A DNA stretch of 63,030 nt, counting the filler, from Chrysochromulina tobinii (Eukaryota), in assembly GCA_001275005.1 (NCBI GenBank). It is 6 parts of 6 records of this genome, joined end to end, with 100 filler letters (N's around TTAATTAATTAA, not from the genome) between each part and the next. Parts side by side here need not be neighbours in the genome. Positions count along the whole stretch, not along the records: positions 16,187 to 33,752 come from JWZX01000402.1; positions 33,853 to 46,720 come from JWZX01000404.1; 4 more parts are not named here. The stretch is one strand, 5' to 3'. The position numbers were made by a program, and so were the translations under genes. Shown piece by piece: positions 30,818 to 42,526 of this stretch. How positions within the stretch are numbered: position 1 is the first letter of the stretch; every line of letters starts with the position of its first letter. The notes beneath the pieces were generated by a model. It searched no databases. It worked only from the letters and a program-made list of their open reading frames with translations, and had not been told where the DNA came from.

Positions 30818-32969
30818 CAGTTTAACGCGTACCCAGCTGTGCGTATGGAGTGGTACAGTGCGGGACCGGTACTGTACTGGCTCCGGCCAAGGTCAGGGGC
30901 CCAGCCGGCCAGTAGTGGCGGAGCGTGTAACGCTGAGAACCCTTGGGAGATCTAGCGGGGACTCGCGATTGAACCATTGGAATCGGCCGCGCGAGCGTCG
31001 TGCTCACGTGCATAGAAAGAAGAAACGACGAGCGGGCAAACCGGAATAACGGGTCCGGCTCCGATAAGGTGCGAGAAGGAATAGTAAATAGAGCCTGGGT
31101 CGTTCACACTTAAGGGGTAGGTGTGAATGAGGGGTACCCCGAATGATCCACAAGACGATCTCAGCGGCAAACGAGCTTCGGGCGCCGCCCCATGGCCGAA
31201 GGTAACGTCCCAAACTTGTGGATCATTCGCGTTTGGCCGGAATCGAGAAAAACACCCGCACACGACGCCTCGTGTGGCGTCTCGGGTGGCGAGTGGAAGC
31301 TTTTTGCGTGGACACTGTGTGCGAGCCCTAGGGAGACAACGTGAGATGGGTTGATGGATGGGCCGTATCGCGTGAACGTGGACGGTTACGTCTTGATCGG
31401 CACTGGCGCCAAGGGGAGCACTTGCGCGTCGCACCGTGGATCTGCATGCTCTGCCTCTTTCCGTGTGGTTCATTTGCAGGAATTCTTTCTCATGGTTGGC
31501 GTTGGACTCCGAAAGCTTGGGCCGCGTTCGTTAAGTGCCACTCCTGAGTACGTCATTTTGGCGGGCATTTGCTTTCCACGTAGTGAAGCGTGCGCGACAT
31601 TCGGGTTGCTTGCGCAGGAACTTGAACGCGTGGAGCCTCCAAGCCGAGCTTGGTGCGTGCGCACAGTGTTCGGCTTGGAGGCGCTTTGATCAGTGTTCGG
31701 CTTTCACCGCCAGTCGGACGCGTCGCCACGGCGTCATGCGCGCACGGCCGCTCCTGATGGCCGCAGGCAGCAATCAGGCGGCGGGCAAGCTGCCGGTCGC
31801 ATGACACCGTCGTTACTCTACACCGTCGTCGTCACGCGACGGCGGCGTCGAGTGACTTCTTTTGCGTTCCCTCCGGGGGACGCGCCATTGGGCGCGTCTT
31901 CCGACAGTACTGACAACACCGCAGCCCGAAGGCTCGCGCCACCTGGAGAGCTAGGCCCCGCCTTAACGCGCCCGCGCCCGCCCGGCCGCAGGCTCTACAC
32001 TGCTGGAGAACTGCTGGAGGTAGGCTATCCCGCCAGCGCCGCCGGACCCGCCCGCCGAAAGTAGCCCACGCAGCTCGCATTCATCGGGCCGGCGGCCGCG
32101 GCCAATTCGGATGGTGCTAGGCGGCTTGACGATGAGAGATCGACCCTGAAAATTTTTCGCCTGCGGCGGGCCGGACTCTTATTTACTAAAAAACACATCC
32201 GTTTCTTGCACCTTTTGGGAGCCGGACCCAAATTCCCTCCCCCCACGCCCCACCCAAAGACCTCTAAAAGACCTCAGTAGTCAGTTTACACACAGCTGGA
32301 CCTGGAGAGGCCCCCGGCCCCTGTGACCTTGCGCCGCATCCAACTCGCCACTCAGCCGAGCCAGACTCCGATACACAGCACAGTCCGTACGCGTACCGGG
32401 CCGTACTTCCTACTTCGTGGTAGATTACTCGACTCGTTACGTGCAGCTGCAGGTATACCAGGCGTTTGAGGTGCTCGGCTTAGTCGAGTGAGGTGGTTCC
32501 GACACCGCCCGCTTGTGTGCGGCCCGGGTGTGCGCGGTATGGGTTCCGACTCCCGTCCCCTCCGTCGGTGCGGGTTTGTGATCCTTGAGTTCATTCTTTC
32601 CCCTGGTTTGTGATCCTTGAGTTTGTGTGTGGACCGGGATCCCGTTCCACGAACCACGTTCGCGTCTCAAAAGTAACTCAAAAAAACTCCGACGCTTTTG
32701 AGCATTGTCCATCATGAACATGTACATGATTCGATTGTGGCCGGGGCCTTGTCCCATGCCTTGTCCATTGTGCATTGAGCTTCAGAAAACGACTGAGAAT
32801 GGGAGAGCAGTGGACACGTTCTGGCTCGAGTCTCATCAAAAACCTTTCGTGTTTTTGGAGATCAGGTTTCGCCCCATGCACACCATGAGCGGACTACCTT
32901 AAGAACGAGAAGCGTTACACACGCACAGACCCAGCGGCGTGCCGACACCACCACGTCAACCTGTGTCTG

Positions 32970-33614
32970 TTACTCGTCCCATAGTACGCCCGCCATGCTC
33001 GGCATCTCCTTTCTCAAGCGCTGAATGATCTCGCCTTTGATCGAACGCAGCGCCGCACCGGACCCTGTGAGCCGCAGAGTGCAGCTCGGCTGCAAGTCGT
33101 CGGGATCCACCGACAGCAGCACTACATCGCCGCCTGTCATCTTCAAAAAGGGTCGCACGTCCTTGAGCACAGCCTCAATGGCCTCCTCGGTGATCGGCAC
33201 GCCATCGGCAGAAACCTGCTCGACCGAGATGATTTCAGGGATCTTGTCGCGCAGACCCTTTTCCAGACCCATCGTCAATGTCATGGACGACGACGGGCAA
33301 GTGCCACAAGCACCTTGCAGCTCAAGAACAACTGTGCCGCCATCGATCTCGCGCAGCGCCACGTTTCCGCCGTCCGCCATGAGGTACGGGCGCATCTCTT
33401 CCAGTACAGCCTCGACGTTCTCGGGCGTCAGCGGCAGTGGTCCCTCCAGTCTGGTGGATGCACGACCCGGCGTCTCAAATGGGGAAACGATTTCATCGAG
33501 GTGAATGATGCGCGAACGCGCCGAGCTGCGCACGGCTCGTGGGCACCACGCCGCTTGAAATCCGAAGGGTGCGGCCAAGCTGAACAAAGAGATGAGTAAG
33601 GAGGAGCGGAGCAT
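32970..33614 (-). CDS. NFU: Plastid-type NFU iron-sulfur cluster carrier (two NifU-C domains) with N-terminal signal peptide
   Basis: LTPENVEAVLEEMRPYLMADGGNV...LQGACGTCPSS.MTL.MG. The second NifU-like domain lacks CxxC. Leader MLRSSLLISLFSLAAPFGF; alternative ATG at 33635. Confidence 0.9.
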   Translation of the reverse strand: MLRSSLLISLFSLAAPFGFQAAWCPRAVRSSARSRIIHLDEIVSPFETPGRASTRLEGPLPLTPENVEAVLEEMRPYLMADGGNVALREIDGGTVVLELQGACGTCPSSSMTLTMGLEKGLRDKIPEIISVEQVSADGVPITEEAIEAVLKDVRPFLKMTGGDVVLLSVDPDDLQPSCTLRLTGSGAALRSIKGEIIQRLRKEMPSMAGVLWDE

Positions 33615-33660
33615 CAACGCTCCCCGGGAGCGCATGGACGAGGCAAGATCGCCACAAGTT

Positions 33661-33705
33661 GTCAAGTCAAGTCAAGTCAAGTCAAGTCAAGTCAAGTCAA
33701 GTCAA
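33661..33705 (+). repeat. (GTCAA)9 microsatellite
   Basis: Perfect pentamer array upstream of NFU. Confidence 0.95.
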
Positions 33706-33752
33706 GTTCAAAAATGGCGCCTTCGGCGCCGCCGCCTTTGGGGCGCACCACG

Positions 33753-33852
33753 NNNNNNNNNNNNNNNNNNNNNNNNNNNNNNNNNNNNNNNNNNNNTTAA
33801 TTAATTAANNNNNNNNNNNNNNNNNNNNNNNNNNNNNNNNNNNNNNNNNNNN
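33753..33852. other. Artificial contig linker
   Basis: N44-TTAATTAATTAA-N44. Confidence 0.98.
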
Positions 33853-34702
33853 GAGGGCGAGGGCGCCGAGGGCGGTGGCGCCGAGGGCGAAGGCGAAGGC
33901 GGGGACGGCGTGGGCGGGGGCGGCTGTGAAGGCGAGGGCGGGGGCGGCGGGGTGGAAGGCGGCAGTATCGGTGGAGGAGGCGAGGGCGGAGGCGGAGAAG
34001 GCGAAGGTGGACCGCGCGGCAACGGAAGCGGTGCACTACCTGGAGGGAACGGTGGACGTGATGGAGGCAAAAAGGGCGGCGATGGCGAGGGCGGTGGCGA
34101 TGGTGGCGGTAACGGCGGCGTCGACGGTGGCGGCGAGGGAGGAGGCAGAGGCGACGGTGGCGGTGGAGCGGGTGGCGGTGAGGGCGGCGGAGGCGAGGGC
34201 GGTGGTGAAGGCGGGGGAGGGGAGGGTGGCGGCGAGGGTGGCGACGGCAGTGGCGGGGGCGAGAGCGGGGCGGTGACGGCGGCGGCGAGGGCGGAGGCGG
34301 CACTGGCGGCGGGCTTGGCGGCGGAGGCGAGGGTGGTGGGCTTGGTGGAGGTGGCAAGGGCGGAGGCGAAGGAGGTGGCGGCGACGGCGGCGGCGAAGGT
34401 GGCGGTGGACACGGCGGTGGCGAGGGCGGTGGTGGCGACGGTGGCGGCGAGGGAGGAGGAGGCAAGGGTGGCGGCGAGGGAGGCGGTGGCGATGGTGGAG
34501 GCGACGGTGGCGGTGGAGCGGGTGGCGGTGAGGGCGGCGGAGGCGAGGGCGGTGGTGAAGGCGGGGGAGGTGAGGGTGGCGGCGAGGGTGGAGGCGGTGA
34601 GGGCGGCGGTGGCGACGGTGGCGGAAGCGACTGCGTCTGAGCGGTCACTTGGGTGATGGTTAGAATCAAGAAAGAGAGCTTCAGGATGAAGGAGGTTTGC
34701 AT
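33853..34702 (-). CDS. Secreted SPPP-repeat (extensin-like) protein, 3'-partial, with a frame change near 34265
   Basis: Signal-like MQTSFILKLSFLILTITQVTAQ, then (SPPP/SPPPP)n. The Pro-rich reading switches frame near 34260-34270. Upstream ATGs exist (to 34834). Confidence 0.7.
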
Positions 34703-34935
34703 TCCGGAAACAGCTGTGCTGCTCGAGATGTGACGCGTCGCAAGGCCGAGGAGCGGCGCACAGTGTAGCATGTGCCCGCGGAAGGCCGCCATTGAGGCTG
34801 CCAGACGCACGGGCGAGGCAAACTTGTACTGCATTCATGTGAAAAACAGCAGCTTCTGATGCATCGCAAATGAGCCCGGCCCAAATCGGACGAATTTCGT
34901 CAAGCGGACACGCGTTTTGCGACGTCGTCGCCGCT

Positions 34936-37464
34936 ATGGACCTCATCATGACTCTGCCGGACGACGACGAGGGCTTCGCCGCGCGCGACGCGTACGTCTC
35001 GTCCGACGACGACGACTTCGCCTTTGGCGCGGGCGTCGCCGCCGACATCGCCGACCCGAGCGTCTCTGGAAAGTGGGGGACCTCGCGCGCACGCGGCACG
35101 GCGACTGCGCACTCGAAGGCGTCGCGGGCGGCGGCGCTCGACGCACGCCTGGCGGAGCGCGCGGCCGCGAACACTGGGCCAGACGCGCCGCCCTTGCAGG
35201 CGAGCGAGGATGCGGGCGACGAGGAGCTCAAGGAGCGCAAGGGCAGCAGCAAGGCGAAGGCGTCACGCAAGGCCAAGAAGGCGGCGGCCGAGGGCGTGGA
35301 GAAGGAGGGTGCGGCCGAGGCCGCGGGCGAGGAGGAGGAGGAGGAGATGCTCAACGTGGGCAGCGCGAGCACCTTCACCGAGCTCAAGCTCTCCAAGCCG
35401 CTCCTGAAGGCGATCTCCGAACTCGGCTTCGCGGCGCCGACGCCCATCCAGGCAGCCGTGCTGCCGCCCGCGCTGCGTGGGCTGGACGTGTGCGCCTCGG
35501 CGGTGACCGGCTCGGGCAAGACCGCCGCCTTCTTGCTGCCCGCGCTCGAGCGCCTCCTGCACCGACAGCGGCGCGTGGCGGCGATTCGCGTGCTCGTCCT
35601 CTGCCCGGTCCGTGAACTCGCAGTGCAGTGTGAAGAGATGGGGCGGCAGCTCGCCCGGTTCACCGACGTGCGATTCGCGATCGTGCTGGGCGGCCTCTCG
35701 CTCAAGGTGCAGGAGGCCGAGCTGCGCTCCCGCCCGGACATTGTCGTCGCCACGCCCGGGCGCCTCATCGACCTTCTGCGCAACACGCACTCGTTCGACC
35801 TCGAAGACCTCGAGGTACGTTCATGGCCTCGGAGGGCTCTTGATTGCGCTTGATTACGCTTGATTACGCTTGATTACGCTTGATGTGCGCTCGTGGCCTC
35901 GGAGGGCTTTGCTCTGAGGGCCTCGGATGACACTCGAGTGCCCCCTAATTGATCCCTAATTGCCTCGGATGACACTCGAGTGCCTCCGATGCCCCCCTCA
36001 CCTCGCCTCGCGCTCGCGCGCACACCTTGCGTGCCCCCCCTCCCCTTCCCTTTATGGCAGGTGCTCGTGCTCGACGAGGCAGATCGGCTGCTCGAGCTCG
36101 GCTTCCAGGCCGAGATCGAGGAGATCGTGCGAGCTTGCCCGAGATCGCGCCAGACGATGCTCTTCAGTGCGACGATCTCGCATGACGTGGCGGCGCTCGC
36201 GGCGCTCTCCCTCGACAAGCCGTTACAGGTCAAGGTCGACCCGACCAACCAGACCGCCGCCGGGCTGCAGCAGGAGTTCGTCCGATTGCGTCCCAGTAAG
36301 GAGCACGAGCGCGAGGCGGTGCTGCTCGCGCTCGCCACGCGCACCTTCAAGTCGCGCTGCATCGTCTTCCTCGGCTCGAAGAAGCAAGCGCACCGCGTCA
36401 AGATCCTCTTTGGTCTGGTCGGTCTGCGCGCGGCCGAGCTCCACGGAGATCTGAGCCAGATGCAGCGCCTCGAGGCCCTCGACCAATTTAGGGAGGGGCG
36501 TGCGGACTTTCTGCTCGCGACGGACCTCGCCGGGCGCGGTCTCGACATCCGCAACGTGCAGACCGTGATCAACTACGAGCTGCCGACCGAGCTGCGCACG
36601 TACATCCACCGCGTTGGCCGGACCGCGCGCGCGGGCCGCGAGGGGCGCGCCGTCTCGATCGTGGCGGAGCGGGACCGCGCGTTCCTCAAGCAGGTGCTCA
36701 AGCATGCCCACGCCGCCGACCAGGTGGTGCAGACGCGCACGGTGCCGACCGAGAGCCTCTCGCATTGGGTGGCGCGCCTCGCGGCCCTCGAGCCGCAGGT
36801 CTCGGAGGTCATGGAGGAGGAGGGTACAGACAAGGTGCTGCGTGCGGCCGAGATGGAGGCGACGAAGGCATCCAACCTCCTGACGCACCGCGAGGAGATC
36901 ATGAGTCGGCCGGCCCGCACATGGTTCCAGAGCTCGAATGAGCGTGCTGCCGCTAAGGAGCTCGCGCCGCGCACGGCGAGGGCGGCCGTCGGGGGCGAGG
37001 GGGGCGAGGCAGGCGAGGGCGGCGGCGCAAGCAACGCCGCGGGGAAGCGCAAGCGTGGAGCGGACAAGGAGCGCGACATGGAGCGCAAGCCGATCAAGCG
37101 AGACAAGTATGCGGGCATGCCGCGCAAGAAGCGCCGCCGGCTGCAGCGCGACGAGCTCCTCGCCGCCGAAACGGACCCGGTGAGCGGCGACAAGGCCATC
37201 AAGCTCCCGAACCAAAAGGCGGCCGCTCGGAGCTTCAAGGCGGCCGAGAGGCGCGCGGGCGTGCCCTTATTAGGCAAGCGCGCCCTCTTGGGCGCGAGCC
37301 CGGGCATGAGCGACAGGCCGGCGCCCAAGCGCCAGAAGACGGCGGCGCCGAGCCCTGCTGCGGAACGGTCGCCAGGCTCGAAGCCGCGCTCGGAGCGCAG
37401 GATCCCCAAAAAGATCCGCTCGCACTCGAAGGCCAAGTACTCGAAGCCGCGGAAGCGGAAGTGA
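34936..37464 (+). CDS. DRS1: DEAD-box RNA helicase DRS1/DDX27; exons 34936-35814 and 36061-37464
   Basis: MDLIMTL.DDD, Q motif PTPIQ, AVTGSGKT, PVRELA, ATPGRLID, |VLVLDEAD (intron 35815-36060), FSAT, YIHRVGRTARAG. DDX27-type C-terminal EIMSRPARTWF. Confidence 0.92.
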
Positions 37465-37772
37465 AATAAGAGTCAGTGGGTGCCGGCCACGTGCATGTAT
37501 GGAGTTTCTGCTGAGCGACCGACGGCCGGGAGGTGTAGATGCAGAGATCATACTGCCTCAAGCAGGCCCCGGACCATGGCTTGCGACGCCTTGTACGAGG
37601 AAAAGGAAAACGCAGCATATCTACCTAATACGCTCGCACTACGGCTGCGAGCAGTCTCTAGTACCAAAGTCGAAAACGCTTATTGTATCTGCTATCTCGC
37701 CGCCGGGGCGCGGCCTCACGGCGCCCCCGCGGCATCCTTCACCGCCGGGCACACACGGGTAAACTTCACCAT

Positions 37773-38746
37773 TCAACGGCTTGGTGCTGGGTTGGCTTCG
37801 ACGCGCGCGCGCATCGACGACCTCAACGAGGCGGCGCACGCCCGATTGACGCCAAACTTACGCTGCCGGTGGAAGGTGTTGATGGAGGAGTTGCTCCACG
37901 CGAATTCATTATCAAGCTTGTACTTGGTGCGCAGCCGCAGCCGCCGCACGGTGAAACGCTGCACCAGGGCGAGGTAGTAGCTGATGGCTAGATCATCGGC
38001 GAGGAAGCACTCGGACGGCACATGCATGTCGCCAAGCGCCTCGAGCATGCCAGCGCGCAGTCCAACACCTCGGAAGCCCATGACGCACGACGAGAGCAGT
38101 TGCCCCAGGCAATCGCGATCTATTCCAGACTGTGGTACACGGGCGCGAGTCGAAAGTGACACTCGAGGGAGCCATCAGCAAGCAGAGCACCGAAATTCGG
38201 ATCGAGGGCTGCGCCTCTGTGAGTTCAGCATTTTGCTCCCGGCGCGCCATTTACCGAGTACACCGCGTTTTCGGGGCCTGTGGCAACTGCACATGCGAAA
38301 TCCTCGATGAACGATGAGCCATAGAACACGTCATCGTCCCCGACGACGACAATTGCACGTCGAGCCAGTGAGGCCGGCTGCAGATGAGCGAGTAGGTAAT
38401 TGACCCCAGCATACTTGGTGATGGGACCGAGGTCGTGAGGCACTGTGTGAACGACCAACCTCGGCTGCTGGTTGAGGAGCTCAGGCGCTATGGTGTAGGT
38501 CGAATGGATGAATCTCGACGTATTATAGGTGCTGGCGATGCTGAGCACAATGGCTGCTGGTTGTAGAGACTGCCGGCGCATGGTGGCGAGTACGCGCGGC
38601 AGTCGCGCAGCACGGTCGGGAGTGCTGCTCAAAAAAAAGTAAACGGGCGTGCTGCCCAGCTGCTTAGCAACGTCGCACGACGCGTGCTGAGGTGCCTTCG
38701 GTGGTGGTGGTGGTGGTGATGGTGAACGTGCTGGGGCGGTCACCAT
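37773..38746 (-). CDS. Putative GT-A fold glycosyltransferase; exons 38746-38255 and 38129-37773
   Basis: LSSTPDR...RQSLQP..IVLSI...DLGPITK...IVVVGDDDVFY. GT-AG intron 38254-38130 joins to GFRGV...CFLADDLAISYYL. Start uncertain. Confidence 0.7.
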
Positions 38747-38964
38747 CAGGATGTAGGATCGCCCGCGCTTACGTCGGTCCGAACCCTGGGCACGACTTCT
38801 TTGGTCGGCCCGCGACTTCCAAGTTCGGGAGGCAATTGACCTCTCTTCGCGCGCTCCCGCGCGTGCCTTCGCAAATTGGTCCGTTGCGATTTCCGATCGT
38901 AAGCGCACAAGCCGTGAGAAGTCGTGAGGCACGGCGACTTCAAAAAAAGGCGTCGACGGCGAGG

Positions 38965-40323
38965 ATGCTTGCTTGCGGCGACATAAAGAGCGCCGATTGG
39001 TGCACGGGCCGAATCGGTCACTGCCATGAGGAGTACGTTGCGGCACGCTGCCGAGCCACGTGCAATCACTGCAGTGCTGGAACCTCTCGAAATCGCACAA
39101 ACCAAGCTGCAAATCATACTTCAACCCGGCGCTGCACCACGCCCACTCTCTTGCGCACTGGATGGGGAGTGCCCTTGCACACGTGCGTGGCCGGCGTCAC
39201 GTACGGCTGCTTCGACGGTGGGCATCGAATGTGGGTCTCGAATGGCTGCCGTGGAAACTTTCGCTGCAGTTCGAGTTCTGAAGGATTCCTTCGCTGCGGC
39301 GATCCCATGCCGCGAATCCACGCGGGCAACCCCAGCACGCTCAGAAATAACTTGACTGCACTCTTTAACTGTACGTGCCCCATGCCCACGCAACTGTACG
39401 TCGCTGAGGACGGCGACGCGCGGCGCGCCACTGTGAGCCAGGTGGCTCAGCTGAACTTTGATCCGCCCGCGGCGTCCGCGCGCCGTTGCAACGCCACGAT
39501 CGTGATGATTGACGACCGTCGTCACGTTCCACTCGCAAACAATAGCAAGGAAATTAAGTACTTTCACAAGGTGATGGCGCTCAATCTCCTGTACGCGCAG
39601 CGTCACGGTATGTCCTTCTTGATTGTGCGGCCCACGGCGGCCAAGGAGGACTCGTGGATGGACAGCCGCGCTTCGGGACTCTGCCCCGCCTGGTGCCGCG
39701 TGAAGATCCTCGCTTCGCTCGTTGCATCGCGCCAGGCCGCCCACGGGTGCCACTGGGTGGTGTACATCGACAGCGACGCGTACTTCCGCGAACAGCACGT
39801 GGACTTTTTGGAGCGCTTCGACACTCCGGCGAATCGCGAAGTGCACTTCGCCTTTGCCCGCGAAGAGCTGCCCGCCGGCGGCTTTCTATCGCCCCGCAAC
39901 CGCTCCCACGGCGTACGCGTGGCTTCGCTCAACGCCGGCGTGCTCTTTATGAGGGCAAGCGCTTGGTCTGAACGCCTGCTCGCGGTCTGGATGCGCGCGG
40001 CGCAGCTGCCCGTGTGCGCGCCCTTTCGTCAGGAGTGGCCGTGCGAGCAGCAATGCCTCCACGAGCTCCTGCGCAATCGCACGTTACTTCCAGAGGGCTG
40101 GCGCACGCGCATCGCAAGCGCACCCATGCAGCTGTTCAACTCGCCCCATGGCCAGTTCATCCGGCACGTGTGGGGCGGCGCCACAGGCACGTGGGGGAGC
40201 AGCTTCGATCTGCGCCGCAAAGCCTTTGACGACGAGCTTCGAGTCCAGGGCGTGTGGCGCTGGAAGCAGATACAAGCGCTCGTCGAGAGCGCACAGAGTC
40301 AGTGGATCGACAGCTCGTGTTGA
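38965..40323 (+). CDS. GT34 (GMA12/MNN10)-like glycosyltransferase with N-terminal ShK-like and second Cys-rich domains
   Basis: WCRVKIL, WVVYIDSDAYF, LNAGVLF, WPCEQ. N-terminal CGD..SADWC...C...ARCRATCNHC. Confidence 0.75.
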   Translation: MLACGDIKSADWCTGRIGHCHEEYVAARCRATCNHCSAGTSRNRTNQAANHTSTRRCTTPTLLRTGWGVPLHTCVAGVTYGCFDGGHRMWVSNGCRGNFRCSSSSEGFLRCGDPMPRIHAGNPSTLRNNLTALFNCTCPMPTQLYVAEDGDARRATVSQVAQLNFDPPAASARRCNATIVMIDDRRHVPLANNSKEIKYFHKVMALNLLYAQRHGMSFLIVRPTAAKEDSWMDSRASGLCPAWCRVKILASLVASRQAAHGCHWVVYIDSDAYFREQHVDFLERFDTPANREVHFAFAREELPAGGFLSPRNRSHGVRVASLNAGVLFMRASAWSERLLAVWMRAAQLPVCAPFRQEWPCEQQCLHELLRNRTLLPEGWRTRIASAPMQLFNSPHGQFIRHVWGGATGTWGSSFDLRRKAFDDELRVQGVWRWKQIQALVESAQSQWIDSSC

Positions 40324-40502
40324 GAGAAAGGGACCGCACTCCGTGCGAAAGGGTTGGGCATCGGCGGTTGTGTGGGTTGATGTCGAAGGAAGTGGGAAGC
40401 TCGCTCCAGTCGTCCAGAGGAAGGGGAAGGAAAATATGTGAGAATAACAAGGAAGTTAAGAAGGTATGCAGCATCGAACAAGAAGGTATATGCAGCGTCG
40501 AT

Positions 40503-40507
40503 AAAAA
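40503..40507 (-). terminator. RNA polymerase III oligo-T terminator of the 5S gene
   Basis: TTTTT on the minus strand at the 3' end of the 5S terminal helix. Confidence 0.8.
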
Positions 40508-40623
40508 CGTGCAGCATATCGCCTTCCCGCGTGGTCCCCCACCGCAGTACTACCGATACTCGAGGCAGCTTAACTTCGCTGTTCGGATGGGAAGCGGTGA
40601 CCCTGCCTGATGTGGCCGCACGT
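40506..40623 (-). rRNA. 5S rRNA: 5S rRNA gene (single, dispersed)
   Basis: Minus strand ACGTGCGGCCACATC...CCCATCCGAACAGCGAAGTTAAGC...GTAGTACTGCGGTGGGGGACCACGCGGGAAGGCGATATGCTGCACGT. Terminal helix ACGTGCGGC/GCTGCACGT pairs. Eukaryotic box A and box C-like motifs present; ~118 nt. Confidence 0.92.
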
Positions 40624-40920
40624 GATAATCCCAGGCGCCGTCTGTCTTCATATATGACAGTATTCCTCGAGCACACATCTATTCTCTCAATCTCAGTTAC
40701 CACAAGGTGTGCTCACATCAAGCCGAGCAATGTCCAGCGCGGTGTTTGTGCCATCTTTTACGCGGTCGATCCATGGCGGAAGGGGGGAGGAAGGGGGGAA
40801 ACCACGGCCTGCGGAGAAGTCGGCGCTGCTCCCTCAATCGCCGCCGCGTCCCGCCACCGCCCTCGCCACCGCCACCGCCCTTGCCACTGCCGCCGCCCTC
40901 GCCACCGCCGCCGTCCTCGC

Positions 40921-42491
40921 ATGCCCGGCGCCTGGTCGGCCCTCCGCCCGGAGCTGGAGGGCACGCTCACGCCTCGCGGCATCGTCACCAGCGTCGGCAG
41001 TAACGCACCTGCCGAACGCCGAACGTCGCCGGGCAGCCGAGCCCGAGCCACCATGGGCACCAACCCACGGCGGCAGCCTTCGGCAGAGCGGCAGCACGCG
41101 TGGCGTCAGGCGGAGCGCAGCCTTCACAACGAGGTGCATGGTCCGCCGGCCGTCATGCCGGTGTTGCACAACGAGCTGCAGCAGCGCTCGCTGCAGGAGC
41201 AACGCGATGCCATCTTCCGCGCTGACTACCGGCAGAAGCGCGCGCTGGCACATGAACGAGCGCATGCGGCGGCGCCAGGCACGTGGTGCTCGGCGCCGAG
41301 CGCGCAGCCGCTGCGTCTCGGAGGCCAGCGTCGCGAGCCGCTCCCCTACGAAGAGCGGCCGCCGATGCCCGACGCTTTCGAGGAGCCGCCGCCGCCGATG
41401 CCGTCGGCGCTGCCGATCGCACGGAGCGCGGTCCGGGCGAGTGGCGGTGGCGGCACGAGCGCTCGTGCAGAGGCGGCACGTGGGCCCAAGGTGGCACTGA
41501 GCGGCGGCCACTCTCATCCGGCATCGCTCGTTTCGCTTTGGCGCTCCGCCTCATTCACTGATGTCGATGTGCTCGTCGAGGGGCAATCCTTTCCCGCGCA
41601 TCGTCTGGTGCTTGCCGCGAGCTCGCCGCATCTCGCGCAGCTGCTGAGCGCCGTGCCAGTCTACCCGGCGGCCGTCTCGCAGCGTCTGAGGGCGTCGGGG
41701 GCGCCGCCGCCGCCACCGCATCGCGCGGCGGTCATCAACCTCGATCGGCTCGTGAGCGCGGACGCCTTCGAATGCATCCTCGAGTGGCTCTACACGGGCG
41801 AGGTGCTCGCGCCGGCGCTTCTGCTGCCCGCCCTGCTGGAGGCGGCGGTGGCGATCGAGCTCACGAAGCTGCAGGAGACGGTGATGCACCCGCCCTCGAG
41901 AGCACCCTCTCCATGCATGCATGTGCTCACTACGGCGCCCTCGCCTCCCCACAGGTGGTGCAGGCCCTCGAGAGCACCCTCGGCGCGTCGACGTGCCTCG
42001 CAGTGTGGGACGTTGCCGATCGTCATGGGATTGCACTCCTCGCGGACGCTGCGCGCTCGGTCGCCATCCGCGAGTTGGATGTGCTCGTCGCCTCGGAAGG
42101 TGAGTGCCTCGGAGTGTATCTCGGAGTGTATCTCGGAGTGTATCTCGGAGTGTATCTCGGAGTGTATCTCGGAGTGCCTCTGATGGCCACTGATTGAGAT
42201 GGATGTGCTTCGTCACTGATTGAGATGGATGTGCTTCGTCACTGATTGAGATGGATGTGCTTCGTCACTGATCGAGATGGATGTGCTTCGTCTCTCGTCT
42301 GAAGCATTCCGCACAATGCCGCACGAACGACTGAGGACGCTGCTGGCTGACCCGCGGCTCGATGCTTCCAAATTAGGCAGCTCGAGTGCGCTGCTCGTCA
42401 GTGGCATGGTGCAATGGCTGGGCAACCAGCCGCCCTCTCCGCCCGCTCCACCGGCCGTACCCTCTGCCTCTCCCCGGTCCTACAGCTATCA

Positions 42492-42526
<35 letters not shown>

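Noticed and set aside
32468..32563. tRNA-like sequence (GGGTTCCGACTCCC resembles a T-loop/B box)
   Set aside because: Extra base in the T-loop and no convincing acceptor or anticodon stems; at most a degenerate tRNA/SINE relic. tRNAscan-SE would settle it.
42188..42291. CRISPR-like 26-nt repeats
   Set aside because: Head-to-tail units with no spacers, inside a spliceosomal intron, with no cas genes.
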